Source: Mustelus asterias | Taxonomy: Eukaryota | Reading direction: 5' to 3' | Length of the DNA stretch: 64,000 bases | Assembly (NCBI RefSeq): GCF_964213995.1 | Contig: NC_135808.1 | Location: 6,138,001 to 6,202,000, forward strand | Shown here: positions 11,901-23,515 of the stretch, in pieces | Position numbering within the stretch: the first letter of the stretch is position 1 | How the letters are laid out: the number at the start of each line of letters is the position of its first letter | The notes under the pieces: generated by a model | Told to the model about the DNA's origin: nothing | Databases searched by the model: none | What the model saw: the letters and a program-made list of their open reading frames with translations, nothing else | Program-made: the position numbers and the translations under genes

Positions 11901-14900
11901 TTCTTCAAAGGAATCACGTGTGTTGTGAATAAATGGGAACTGCACTTAGTTTCCCAGAAAGCATTTAATAATTTGCCAGATCAAAAGATATTCCATCAAA
12001 TAAATGCTCATGGTGCAGAGGGTGACATATTGGCATAGAAAGAAGATTGGCTAATGAACTGGAATGGAGAGTTGACATAAATGGGTCATTTTGTGTTTGG
12101 CAGGATGTGATGAGTTGTGTGGTCGAGGTGTCAGTGCTGAGGCCTCAACCATTTACAATTTATATAAATGACTTTGATGAAGTATAGAACGTTGGTTCAG
12201 CCGCATTTGGAATACTGCGTCCAGTTCTGGTCACCACACTACCAGAAGGACGTGGAGGCTTTGGAGAGAGTACAGAGGAGGTTTACCAGGATGTTGCCTG
12301 GTATGGAGGGGCTTGGTTATGAGGAGAGATTGGGGAAACTGGGGTTGTTCTCCTTGGAAAGACGGAGGATGAGGGGAGACTTAATAGAGGTGTATAAAAT
12401 TATGAAAGGCATAGATAGGGTGAACGGTGGGAAGCTTTTCCCCGGGTCGGTGGTGACGTTCACGAGGGGTCATAGGTTCAAGGTGAAGGGGGGGAGGTTT
12501 AACACAGATATCAGAAGGACATATTTCACACAGAGGGTCGTGGGGGCCTGGAATGTGTTGCCGGGCAAGGTGGTGGAGGCGGACACACTGGGAACGTTTA
12601 AGACTTATCTAGACAGCTATATGAACGGAGTGGGAATGGAGGGATACAAAAGAGTGGTCTAGTTTGGACCAGGGAGCGGCGCGGGCTAATTGTTCCTGGT
12701 TTCTCGTTTCAAGGCTTCATTCTATGATCATCTTGCTGGTGCCAGTACAGAGTGAGACTGCGGATAGTTGGGAACCTGTCTCGGGGGCAGGGAATTCATA
12801 TGGTGTTCGTGGAAGTGGAAATGACTAGGGTTGGGAAGCATTTTCCGATCGGGGCCATTGTGATCTCCTGGACTCGTTTCGATCGCCTCAGGGGGTCGGA
12901 GAGGAATTTCCCAGATTTTTTTTCCCCATATTGGCCCTGGGGTTTTTCACTCTGGGTTTTCGCCTCTCCCTGGAGATCACATGGTCTGGAATGGGGGGGT
13001 GGGGGTAAGTTAATAGGTTGTAATGAACAAAGCATCGTAGCTGTGAGGGACAGCTCGGTGGATAGGATATTGGTATGTAGATAGGCTGGAAAATTGGGCG
13101 GGGATCCTGGATTCAGGATTCAATCCTGGACCGGGGAGCGGCGCGGGCTTGGAGGGCCGAAGGGCCTGTTCCTGTGCTGTATTGTTCTTTGTTCTTTGTT
13201 TGTTCTTTGAAGGGACTGAAGGTATGGTTGCTAAATTTGATGACAACACAGATAGTTAGGAAAGTACATCGTGAAGACGATGTAAGGAGGCTACATGGGA
13301 CTATATATAGATTAAGTGAGTGGGGAAATCTCGAGCAAATGGATCATAATCTGTGCAAGTGTGAAGTTATCCAGTTTGGCAGGAAGAATAATAAAAAGCT
13401 TATAATCTAAATTGTCAGAAATTGCAAAGCTCTGACATGCAGAGGGACCTGGCTGTCCCAGTGTATGATTAAAAAAGGCGAGTATGCAGGCACAGCAAGT
13501 AACTAGGAAAGCTAATAGAATGTTATCATTTATTGTTAAGGAAATTTATTACAAAAGTGGGAGGTTATGCTTCAGTTGTACAGGGCATTGGTCAGACCGC
13601 ATCTGAGTATTGTGTACACTACTAGTCTTCCTATTGGGGAACGATTCCGATGCTTTAGAAGCAGTTCAGAGAAGCCTACCAGACTAATATCTGGAATGGA
13701 GAGGTTGTTTTAAAAGTTTGCAGAAGTTAGGGTTGTATCCACTAGTGTTTCGAAGAGTCAGAGACAACTTTATGGAAACATTTAAGACCTGAGGAGTCTT
13801 GACAGAGTGAGTGTTGAGTGAATGAGGTGAGGTGAGAACACATTTCTTCACCCATGGAATTAATTACAACAGGAAGTAGTTGATGCCAAAACATTGAATA
13901 TATTCAATAAGCAACTAGATGTAGCACATGGGGCGAATGGGATCAAAGCTTATGGGGAGAAAGCAGGATTAGGCTATTGAGTTGGACGTCAGCCATGATC
14001 GTAATGAATGGTGGAGCAGGCTCGAAGGGCCAAATGGCCTCCTCCTGCTCCTATCTTCTATGTTTCTATGAATGTTGAGCCTGGAAATGGAGGGGGGAGG
14101 GTCACTGTTTACAATACAAGTCTCTCATTTATGACAGAGATAGGTGGGGGGGGAAGACATTTCCCTCAGAGTGTCGTGAGTCACTGCAATTCTCTTCTCC
14201 AAAAGACAGTGGACGCAAAGATGTTGAATATTTTTATGTCGGAGTGATGTAGATTATTGATTAACGGGGAGGTTGGTGATGGGGGGCGGTGGGATGAAAT
14301 GTTATCGCGGAGAGTCATGAATATGGGGTTCAAGTTAAAATCAGATCAGCCATGATCTTATTCAATGACGCAGCAGGCTTGATGGGCTGAATGGCCTACC
14401 CTGCTCCTATTTCATATCTTCGTATGTTCATGAGACGTATTTAAACAAAGCCCCAAATCATTCTCACGAATTCCCTTCAGGACAATATTGTCGTCGGCTT
14501 GTCCAGAGATCTGAGATGTTGAGAATGTGCTCATTGATCCAAGTTGAGGAGGTGAGAGAAGGGAAATGAGGGGATTTGTCACAGTGGTTAGGGGTGTGTG
14601 ATGAAGGAGTGAATACAGTGAGTGGGGGGTATGTGGGTAGTGGTGAATGCAGTGGGTGTGTGGGGAGGGGTGAGTGCATTGGGTGCGTGTGACAGAGGAG
14701 GTGGTGAATGTAGTGGATGAGGGTACGTGGAGAGAGTTGAATGCAGTGGGTGGATATATGTGTGGAGGGGGTGAATGCAGTGGGTGGGGATGGGTGGGGA
14801 CGTGTGGGGCGTGGAAAATGTAGTGGGTGGGGATCTGTGGTGAGGGGGTGAATGCAATGAGTAGGGATAAGTGTGTGGAGGTGGTGAATGCAGTGGGTGG

Positions 14901-17900
14901 GGAGGGGGTGCATGCAGTGGGTGGGGGCGTGTAGGGAGGAAGTGAATGCAGTCGGTGTGTAGGGAGGGCTGAATGCAGTGAGTGGGGGTGTGGGGGGAGG
15001 AGGTGAAAGCAGTGGATGGGGGTTGTGAAAAGGTGAGGAGCAGACACGGCAGGCAGGGCGCACGGTGGTTCAGTGATTAGCACTGCTGCATCACAGCGTC
15101 AGGGACCCGGGTTCGATTCCGGCCTTAGGTCACTGTTGTGTGAAGTTTGCATTCTCCCCTTGTCTGTGTGGGTTTCCTCTGGGTGCTTTGGTTTCCTCCC
15201 ACAGTCCAAAGATGTGCAATTTAGGTTGATTAGCCATGTTAAATTGACTCTAGTTTCAGGGGGATTCGCATGTTAAATATGTGGAGTTACTGGAATAGAA
15301 CCTGGGTGGGATTGTGGTTGGTGCCGACACAATGGGCTGAATGGCCTACTTCTGCACTGTAAGGATTCTATGTGATAATGCATGCAGCCTCCTGGACATG
15401 AACTGTTAGAAAGGAGAAGAAAAATGTTTTTTTTTTATTTCTATGGCGCCTTTCACATCCACATGACGTCCAACAGACAGTGATTTGTTCACAAAATTTA
15501 TGAACTGTTGAAATGACTTGATTTTTTTGTTTTAATTCTGTCACTGCATTATACTCTTTACCACACATATTGCTGCAAGATATTCAATCAGAAGTCAAGC
15601 TGCAAGGCTAAAGCAGAATTAAGTCCCAGTCTCCTCTGCTGTCTTTGAAATGCCTGTCTCTAAGAGTTAGTACACTTTAGCACAGGCAACAAAGGGTAAG
15701 CTACAACGTAAATCTAGGTACAGAACACACTGCCCGTCATCGACCCTGCCTGCTCTGTGTTTCACCTCTGCTCTTTTCAATAGCTGGACCTCTGCTCCCA
15801 TTAGATTTTCTGAGCTCCATAACCCCTGAGTCATTAGGATTGTGCTGCCCTGCTGAAAAATATTACGTCCATATAAATGAACATTGACCGGGACTCCAAA
15901 CAGACTGTACCCAATTGGGTAGCTGTTCTGTTCTCCACCCAGTATTCATGACATGGTGACACAGTGGTTAGCATTGCTACATCACAACACCAGAGACCCG
16001 GGTTGGTTTGCTGTCTGTGTGGAGTCTGCACGTTCTCCCCTTGCCTGCGAGGGTTGCCTGCATGGGTTTCCTCCGGGTGCTCTGCTTTTCTCCCACAGTC
16101 TGAAAGACATGCTAGTTAGGTGCATTGGCCATGCTAAATTCTCCCTCAGTGTACCCCAACAATCACCGGAGTTTGGCGACTAGGAGATTTTCACAGTAAC
16201 TTCATTGCAGTGTTAAAGTAAGCCTACTTGTGACACTAATAAATAAACTTTAAAAACACTGCCATTTATTCCAGTAGAACAGAATTCCGCCCTGTCATAT
16301 CGCTGTTGACAAATTTGATTCTGCAGTTTGCTGTCTCCATTGATTTCCAATATCCTTGATGTGGAGATGCTGGCGTTGGACTGGGGTAAGCACAGTAAGA
16401 AGTCTCACAACACTAGGTTAAAGTCCAACTGTTGGACTTTAACCTGGTGTTCCAATATCCTCCCAGTGTTCATTCGCTGCTTTGACTTGCTCTTCCACTC
16501 AATCTCTCTGATCCAGACACTTGCTGTCCTATTCAATCTGAAATTGTACTGCTGATTGTGATCAATCTAAGAGTGCCTGGGGTATTCTCTCCAGTGCACG
16601 CTGTATTCGGTCTTTCACATTTCCTTTGCAGGATTTTTTTAAAATTTAGTTTCCCTCGATTAATTTTCAGACTTCATATCTGCATTTGTTCCCCATCTCC
16701 TCTTTTTCCTTTCCTTCTCTGAGGTTGTTCGTTTCTTCCTCCCCCACCTCGACAGCACGGTGACATGTTGTTTACACCACCAGACACTGATTACAATTCC
16801 TCCGGATGGTAAAGAAACATGGGGGATAACAAATCAGTAGCCTACTTTACATGCACATTCCCACACCCACACATTCTTTTACCATTCCTCTGTGTTCCCT
16901 TTCCTCTCAACCACTGCACACTCTCCCACTCCCCTGTCCATTGGCATCAAGCCCCAGAGTTAACAGTGCCCAGTTCTGTTCTCCCTTCAAACTCTCCACC
17001 ACCACCTTGCACCAACTCCCTCAAATGAGCACACTGTCCAACCTCCAGAGCCCTGGGCATTCTATCCCATTCCCTTCCACACTGTACCCAACCCTAATGG
17101 AAATTTCCCCGCACTATCTTCCTCCCACCTGCTCACTCTCCCTTAGTCTCACTTTACGATCCACTTACCCCAATATTGTTCCAATTCCCTTCCCCACTGC
17201 GGAGTCATGCCTGCAACCTGACTTCCCCAAACCTCCACGCAATGTTTGCAGCAATTTAAATCCAAACATTCAGTGGCAAACTCTCCACCTCTCAAGCGGC
17301 AGCAATTTCAAAACTTTAAACTAAAACCAAAGTAAGAGATTTATAAGTAAAACTTTGAATAAATCACAGCAAGAAATTAAATCACTGACTGTATTATTTT
17401 AACTTTCCCCCAGCTCCAGCCTCTCTGACTCTCGATCCAAACACAGCGAATCCCCGGCTCGAGCTGTCTGAGGACCAGACCAGTGTCAAACTCGGAGACA
17501 AACGGCAGCCACTCCCTGATACCACGGAGAGGTTTGATCCCTGGGGCTGTGTCTTGGGATCAGAGGGATTCTCATCAGGCAGGCATTACTGGGAGGTGAA
17601 GGTGGGGAAGAAGACTTGGTGGGGTCTGGGAGTAGCCAAAGAGTCTGCCGACAGGAAAAGGAAGATCAACCGTAGTCCTGACATTGGATACTGGATTGTG
17701 TGGCGAGAACCAGGAAGGGGTTATTTTGCTGGAACCTCTCCCTCACTCACCCCCTTCACGCCCAGTGTGAAACCCCGGAAGATCGGTGTTTTCCTGGACT
17801 ATGAAGGTGGACAGGTGTCATTTTACAATGCGGACAACATGTCCCATCTCTACACTTTCACTGACACTTTCACTGAGAGAATCTTTCCCATCTTCTGCCC

Positions 17901-18015
17901 CGGATTGAATAACGACGGGAAAAATTCCGCCCCATTGACAATCTGCAGGATTAAAGGTCACGAACAGATCCATCCTATAGTTTCATACCATCTCCCTGCC
18001 TCCTGCCAGCTGTAA
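5583..18015 (+). CDS. TRIM gene 1: RING-B-box-coiled-coil-PRY/SPRY E3 ligase (TRIM39/zinc-binding protein A33/nuclear factor 7-like), 6 coding exons, 493 aa
   Basis: Exons 5583-5993, 6084-6179, 6273-6506, 8143-8165, 8265-8380, 17414-18015 (411/96/234/23/116/602 nt). All introns are GT-AG and the frame is continuous. C3HC4 [22 protein letters not shown]-box2 [71 protein letters not shown]. The 96/23/116-nt exons are typical of class IV TRIMs. Confidence 0.93.
6720..7760 (-). mobile_element. Degraded CR1 3' fragment in gene 1 intron 3 with a nested SINE (7200-7485)
   Basis: CR1 tail in reverse (CCCTTCGAGCCTGCTCTGCCATTCAATAAGATCATGGC) and ORF2 C-terminal remnants. Confidence 0.72.
8866..9002 (+). 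mobile_element. Short Penelope-derived repeat (terminal-repeat fragment) with 15-bp TSD
   Basis: ATTATAGCGAGGAGA at 8851-8865 and 9003-9017; the insert starts with a truncated hammerhead-like motif GACAAAGGGTCATCTGGACTCGAAAC. Confidence 0.7.
9113..9380 (-). mobile_element. tRNA-derived V-SINE, subfamily with ...TTGTGACACTAATAAATAAACTTT-type tail
   Basis: A-box TGGCACGGTAG..GTGATTAGCAC, B-box GGGTTTGATTCC, V-domain TCTGCGTGGGTTTCCTCC. Confidence 0.85.
11438..11897 (-). mobile_element. Young 5'-truncated CR1 3' fragment
   Basis: [30 protein letters not shown]; (TTCTATG)n tail; near-identical to 44234-44610. Confidence 0.88.
12183..13208 (+). mobile_element. Young 5'-truncated CR1 with an unusually long 3' UTR, nested in the older CR1 RT region
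   Basis: ORF 12168-12662 ([29 protein letters not shown]); (TGTTCTT)n tail; host frame IYINDFDE|GTEGMVAKF resumes after it. Confidence 0.88.
14585..15030 (+). repeat. G-rich degenerate minisatellite, unit core GTGAATGCAGTGGGTG
   Basis: About a dozen units of roughly 30-45 bp; source of the spurious His/Pro-rich minus-strand ORFs. Confidence 0.85.
15056..15372 (+). mobile_element. HE1-type V-SINE
   Basis: tRNA head (GGGTTCGATTCC), V-domain, CR1-like tail GGGCTGAATGGCCT..GCACTGTAAGGATTCTATG. Confidence 0.88.
15950..16255 (+). mobile_element. V-SINE (second tail type)
   Basis: Same head and body as HE1, tail CACAGTAACTTCATTGCAGTG..CTAATAAATAAACTTT. Confidence 0.83.
16357..16449. mobile_element. 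Penelope terminal-repeat fold-back mini-insertion with 12-bp TSD
   Basis: TTCCAATATCCT at 16345-16356 and 16450-16461; internal 20-bp inverted repeat around one nucleotide. Confidence 0.8.
17414..18015 (+). CDS. TRIM gene 1 terminal exon (PRY/SPRY, B30.2)
   Basis: Acceptor TTTCCCCCAG|CTCCAGCC, phase matches exon 5, in frame with ORF 17554-18015. Confidence 0.92.
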
Positions 18016-19352
18016 ACTGATGGGTGTGGGACTCAGTCACGGGTGGAGAGAGAAGCCAGGTTGACATTCCGGATATAAACCCTATAGGGGAACTAGGAAT
18101 TGAAAGATCAGCAAGGACCTCTGTAGGGCGGGAGGAAAGAAGAGGAGAGAATGAACAAAAAGAAGTCTAACTATGGAGATGAACTTACCAGATAGAATGC
18201 GCTTTGAACCGCAGGAACCTGGTCACCTACTTGCCTGTAATGTTGCTCCACAGGCGGAAGGTAGTGGGACATCAGTGAGATGAATCAGTGCAATGATTCT
18301 CAAAGTGGGTTCCAGGAAGGCATTCCAGCAGATCCAATAAAAAATTGAATTGGAGGGCAGGAGAGAGAAAAGCCCAAGAATTTTCATTCTACATTGAATA
18401 TGGGTTAGGACAGCAGTTACTGCCCAGAATATATAATAACCGTGAAATGAGGAGAGGCATACAAGGACACTGAGGAATGTAAGACTGGAAATTATAGCGG
18501 GACTGGTAATTATCTCCAAGTCCTCCGTAGAGTCTGTGTTTTGCCAGAGAACTGGAGAATTGTGAATGTTACAACCCTGGTCAAAAAGAGATGCAAGTAT
18601 AACACCAGCCACTGCAGTCCAGTCAGTCTGGCATTAGTGGTAGTGAACCATCTGGAGACTTTAGTAAAATCAGCAGTCACTTCGACAAGTGCAGCGTAAG
18701 TAAAGAGAGCCAGCATGACTTCATCAAGGGAAAAATCATGTTTAATTCATTTGCTGAATTTTTTGAGGACATGGCAGGGAAATGCTGTTGATGTGGTGTA
18801 TATGGATTTTTAAAAGGACATTTGATGTAATGCCACATCAGACTTGTGGGAAACTAAGAACTTCACAGAGTCTTATACAGTGCAAATGGGGCCACTCAGC
18901 CCAATCAGTCTGCACTGGTTCACTGAAAGAGCATTCTACTGAATTTCACTCACCTGCCTTACCACGTAAGCCTGCACCTTCCCTCTTTTCAGGCAGCAAT
19001 CCGATTTCCTTTTGAATAGCTCGACGGAACCTACCTCCCCACCCTTTTTGGAAGTTCGTTCCAGGTTCCAACCACCCTCTGGGTGAAAACAAACCCTCAC
19101 ATGCCTTTTACTTATTTTGTCCATTATTTTGATTCTGTCCTCCCTAGTTCGTTATCTACTCCTGACAGGGAACACTTCCTGATAATATACCCGTCAGGAT
19201 CTTGAATACTTTTATCAAATCTCCTGTCAACTTTCTTTTCTCGAATGAAAATAGACCCAAATTCTCCAATCTCTCCTCATATCTAAAGTTGCTCATCTCT
19301 TGAATCACTGCTGTGTATTTTCTCCAATGTCTTCACATCTTCTATGGCACAT

Positions 19353-19645
19353 AGGGCGGCCAGTCGTTAGCACGGCTGCCTCATAGCCCAAAGGACCTGG
19401 GTTCGATTCCTGGTTTGGGTCATTGTCTGTGTGGAGAATGTACATTTTCCCCTTGTCTGCATGGGTTTCTGTGGGTCCTCCAGTTTCCTCCCACAGTCTG
19501 AAAGACCTGCTCGTTAGGTGCATTGGCTATGCTGTACTCCCCCTCAGTTTACCAAACAGGCGCTGGAGTGGGGCGACTAGCGGATTTTCACAGTAACTTC
19601 ATTGCCGTGTTAATGTAAGCCTACTTGTGACAAACAAATAAATAA
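19353..19645 (+). mobile_element. V-SINE (second tail type)
   Basis: B-box GGGTTCGATTCC, V-domain, same tail as 15950-16255. Confidence 0.83.
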
Positions 19646-22329
19646 TTCATCTTTCTCATGTATGTATGTGTCAAAAATGGCGTGACTCAAAATGTCATAG
19701 TGAACAAGGTTTCATTTTCATTATTATTGTGATTTATTAGTACAGTGTTTAATGTTTAGCTCATTAGCCACTTGGCTGCATGTCATTCTTACTGTTTATT
19801 ATTCGTTAGGTAACTAACTCATCATAATCCCCATACTCATCATTACCCACAGCCAGAATCTTACTGCACCTTCCCAATTACATATTGGTCTTAACCAGTT
19901 TCTCTGACATCTCAGTTACTACCATCTCCATGACTAGGTCTCTGTTTTAGGCATTAGCGTTTGATTTAACAGAATGGTGGCACAGGTTAAAGGTCAATGT
20001 TCTATTACTGCTCCTGTAGTTTCACATTGTTGTTCCTTTCTCAAGTGTGTTTACAAGTGTTGTTCCTGTCAAGTGAATCTTACTGAACTATTTCTGATAT
20101 ATTTCTAACTTTTCTTAAATAAAGAAACTGAAACTGTACACAGTGCTCCAGAGGTCGTCTATCTTCACATTTATAACCCATCGCCTTGTAATAAATGCTA
20201 ACATTCAGTTGCCTTCTTAGTCACTTGATGTACGTGCATATTAACTGTTATGATTCACATATAAGGCATCCAGATAACTCTGCTCTTCAGTGTTCAGCAA
20301 TCTCTCTCCATTTAAATAATATACTGCTTTCTTTTTCTTCCTGCAAAAGTGAATACGTTGACATTTTCCCACATTACACTCCATCTCCAAAATTTTAGCC
20401 ATTCACTTAATGGCTCTTTGCTTTTGTGTTATCAGTAAACTTAACAATCACACATTCAGTCCTTTCATCCAAGTCATTGATTTAAATGACAATTAATTGA
20501 CTCCTTAGCACAAATTCCTGTGGCATTCCACTAGTCACGTCTTGCCAAACCAGAAATGACTCTGTCTAATCTCTGCTCTCTGTTAGCCAACTCAATCTGC
20601 TATCCATGCTAATATATTACCCCTGCGCCATGAGAAATTTCTTCTTTGCAGTTCTCTACCCCAGAGGGTTGTGGAAGTATTGAATCTATTTAAGGCTGAG
20701 GACAGATTTTTTTCCTCTCCTCGAATCCTGGCACATGGGGTATGGATGGAAAAATAGAGTTAATGCAGAATATCAGTGATGATCAAATTGAACGGTGGAG
20801 CAGCTTCTGAGCCCTCTGGGCCCACTCCTGGTTTTAGTGTTCTTCTAGTCAAATCACATTAATTCATTAAGAAGAAACACTGATCTCATTCAGTAAGCCT
20901 CTCACAGTGGGCTCTTCAATGGTTGAAAACTGAAATACTAATACAGATGGATATTCACAACTGATATGTCAAATGATTTTTGAATGGTAATGCAGAAAAA
21001 AGACTTGCAAAATAAAATATTCACACTTGGATTATTAAAATTTAAGAAATCGATTCGAAGGGTGTGGAACATGATGGAAGTTGAAAATATTTGATAACTA
21101 AATGAAGCCAATTAGGCAGTAATGGTTCACGTGTGGAATGTGTTTTTAAAACCTATAGGAGAGAGAGTTGGGGAAAGATCAGAGGTGAGAGGCTAAAATT
21201 TCTCCATCAATATGATATCAGTGGGTGACTGATATATTTTCACCTAAAGGAAGGACTGCAGTGTTGAGAGCTCAATGGTGGAGGTTCCCCACCACCAGTC
21301 CTTTACCACCATGAAGCCCTGGTGAGGAATCTGAGAAGTAATTAAATATCAAATCCTCTTTTTAGATTAAGTGCTGATTCTTGTATGCTTTAATAACAGG
21401 GCTCGACAACAAAGATATTTCTCAAACACCGTGATATCCCACTACCTTCTGCCTGTAGAGCAATATTACAGGTCATTTTGCAGATCAGTATTTCGCAATC
21501 TATCACTGTTGTCCATCGAAGTTTAAAAGATTAATACTCTTTAAAAGACAACCATCCTATTGACCAAAAGACAAAACAATATGAAGGTATAAAACAAGTA
21601 TTTTGACGGGGAGAAACACTTTCTGTTGAGTTAATGAATGACAACATGGAAGGAAATGGTCTTCAAACGCCTGTTCTATTTATCGTCTGTAGATTTAATA
21701 AGTGACATCATGGAAGGAAATGGCCTTTAAACAACTGTTCCATTTATCGTCAAAGTGCATGAAACCCACAAAAGGAAAGTCAGAAAAATAACATTCTGGC
21801 AAATTTATACAGTTGTGTTGACAAAGGAAATCTTTGGTAAAATATTATTTTTTTAACACTATTCACAAAGGCTCACCTGTCTGTGAGAATTAGGCTTCAC
21901 CCCATCATGTACGGTGATTGTATGCTTTGTCCTCCGGGCCTCTGAGCTCTCCTCCTGTTGTTTCCTAAAGGAATCATTCAGCGCTCGCCAACTTTCCCTG
22001 CCGGATTAAATTAGTAAATTCAGTGAATGAAGAAAAATGAGACCGTGAATCTGAATTTGGAAATACAATTCGAGAACCGTAATTAATTTATAAATTAAAA
22101 CATTTAAAATCAAATCAAATTAGTTGGTAAAATAAATATATTCATTACTTTGCAACGATGGAGGATACAAGTGAATAATCATTGTTTCATATGATTACAT
22201 TTTAAATCATTTAATTACATTGATTAAGAGACATGAGCATCGCTGCGTTCTGCTTCACATCAATGGCGGATCAACATACCCGGAATGCTCCGTACAGGTG
22301 AATACCATCTATCGAATGCAGAAAGGCTG

Positions 22330-22640
22330 AAACGCGCAAGCGTAGAAAAGCTCCTCCCCCTCCCCCACAATCCCTATCAAAACCAGGTAACCTGATTATA
22401 CAGGAGCATGCGCGGTCCGAGGCGAGAGCAAACTCAGGAATAGTGAGTGCAGCTCCGTGGAGCCGAGTCTGAGCCGCGAGGGCCCGGGGGGGGGGGGGGG
22501 AGATCGGTCGCCGTAAAGCGACGGTGCAGCGCCTCCCTCATCCGAGCCGTCACTTCCTGGCGTCTCATCCCTTTTTCATCGAGTCGGACTCACAACAAAG
22601 AAGCTGGTCGGTATGACCCTGGGGAGCATGCGCACTGAAG
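22330..22640. promoter_or_regulatory. CpG-rich promoter-like segment with NRF1-like (GCATGCGC) and ETS-like (CACTTCCTG) motifs
   Basis: GCATGCGC at ~22406 and ~22626, TCACTTCCTGG at ~22550, G14 run, local CpG enrichment. Confidence 0.5.
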
Positions 22641-23515
22641 ATGTGGAGATGCCGAAGTTGGACTGGGGTTAACACAGTAAGAAGTCTACCAACACCAGGT
22701 TAAAGTCCAACAGGTTTATTTGGGAGCAAAAGCCACTAGCTTTCGGAACAGGCTGTTCCTTCGTCAGGTGGGTGGGAGTTCTGATCACAAACAGGGCACA
22801 AAGACACAAACTCAATTTACATGAATAATGATTGGAATGTGAGTATTTACAGCTAATCAAGTCTTAAAGGTACAGACAATGCGAGTGGAGAGAGCATTAA
22901 GCACAGGTTAAAGAGATGTGTATTGTCTCCAGACAGGACAGCTAGTGAGATTTTGCACATCCAGGCAAGTTGTGGGGGTTACAGATAGTGTGACATGAAC
23001 CCAATATCCCGGTTGAGGCCGTCCTCATGCATGTGGAATCTGGCTATCAGTCTCTGCTTAGCAACTCTGCGCTGTCGTGCGTCGTGAAGGCCGCCTTGGA
23101 GAACGCTTACCCGGAGATCAGAGGCTGAATGCCCGTGACCGCTGAAATGCTCCCCAACAGGAAGAGAACAGTCTTGCCTGGTGATTGTCGAGTGGTGTTC
23201 ATTCATCCATTGTCGTACCATCTGCATGGTTTCCCCAATGTACCATGCCTCGGGACATCCTTTCCTGCAGCATAACAGATAGACAACGTTGGCTGAGTTG
23301 CAAGAGTATGTACCATGTACCTGGTGTTCTTGCGTGAGATGATGGCATCCGTGTCAATGATCCGGCACACCTTGCAGAGGTTACTGTGGCAGGGTTGTGT
23401 GATGTCGTGGTCACTGTTCTCCTGAAGGCTGGGTAGTTTGCTGCGGACAATGGTCTGTTTGAGGTTGTGCAGTTGTTTGAAGGCAAGAAGTGGGGGTGTG
23501 GAGATGGCCTTGGCA
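22637..23515 (-). mobile_element. 5'-truncated Penelope-like element (GIY-YIG end + terminal repeat) with 12-bp TSD
   Basis: Homologous to 61280-62136; PLLAFKQ..NLKQTIVRSK, RQWMNEH..LPVGEHFS..LNRD; AGCATGCGCACT at 22625-22636 and 23516-23527. Confidence 0.9.
22733..22771 (-). ncRNA. Minimal type I hammerhead ribozyme motif in Penelope terminal repeat
   Basis: CCAC-CUGACGA-A-GGAACA gcc UGUUCC-GAAA-GC-UA^GUGG; stems I and II pair and the core is intact. Confidence 0.75.

Larger units (their letters stand above)
8715..14432 (+). mobile_element. Old, degraded near-full-length CR1 LINE in TRIM gene 1 intron 5, hosting several nested insertions
   Basis: Esterase ORF1 remnants at ~8715-9720, endonuclease remnants (YRPPNSN at ~10240), RT remnants ([30 protein letters not shown] at ~11110), CR1 3' tail ending ~14430. 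Confidence 0.8.

Noticed and set aside
14412-15083. Long His/Pro/Thr-rich minus-strand ORFs
   Set aside because: Translation of the minisatellite, open in several frames, no domain
15056-15135. tRNA genes at SINE heads
   Set aside because: A/B boxes run straight into the V-domain; these are SINE heads without a full cloverleaf
18000-18015. CaaX prenylation motif on the gene 1 tail
   Set aside because: Ends SCQL, so the Cys is at -3 and not -4
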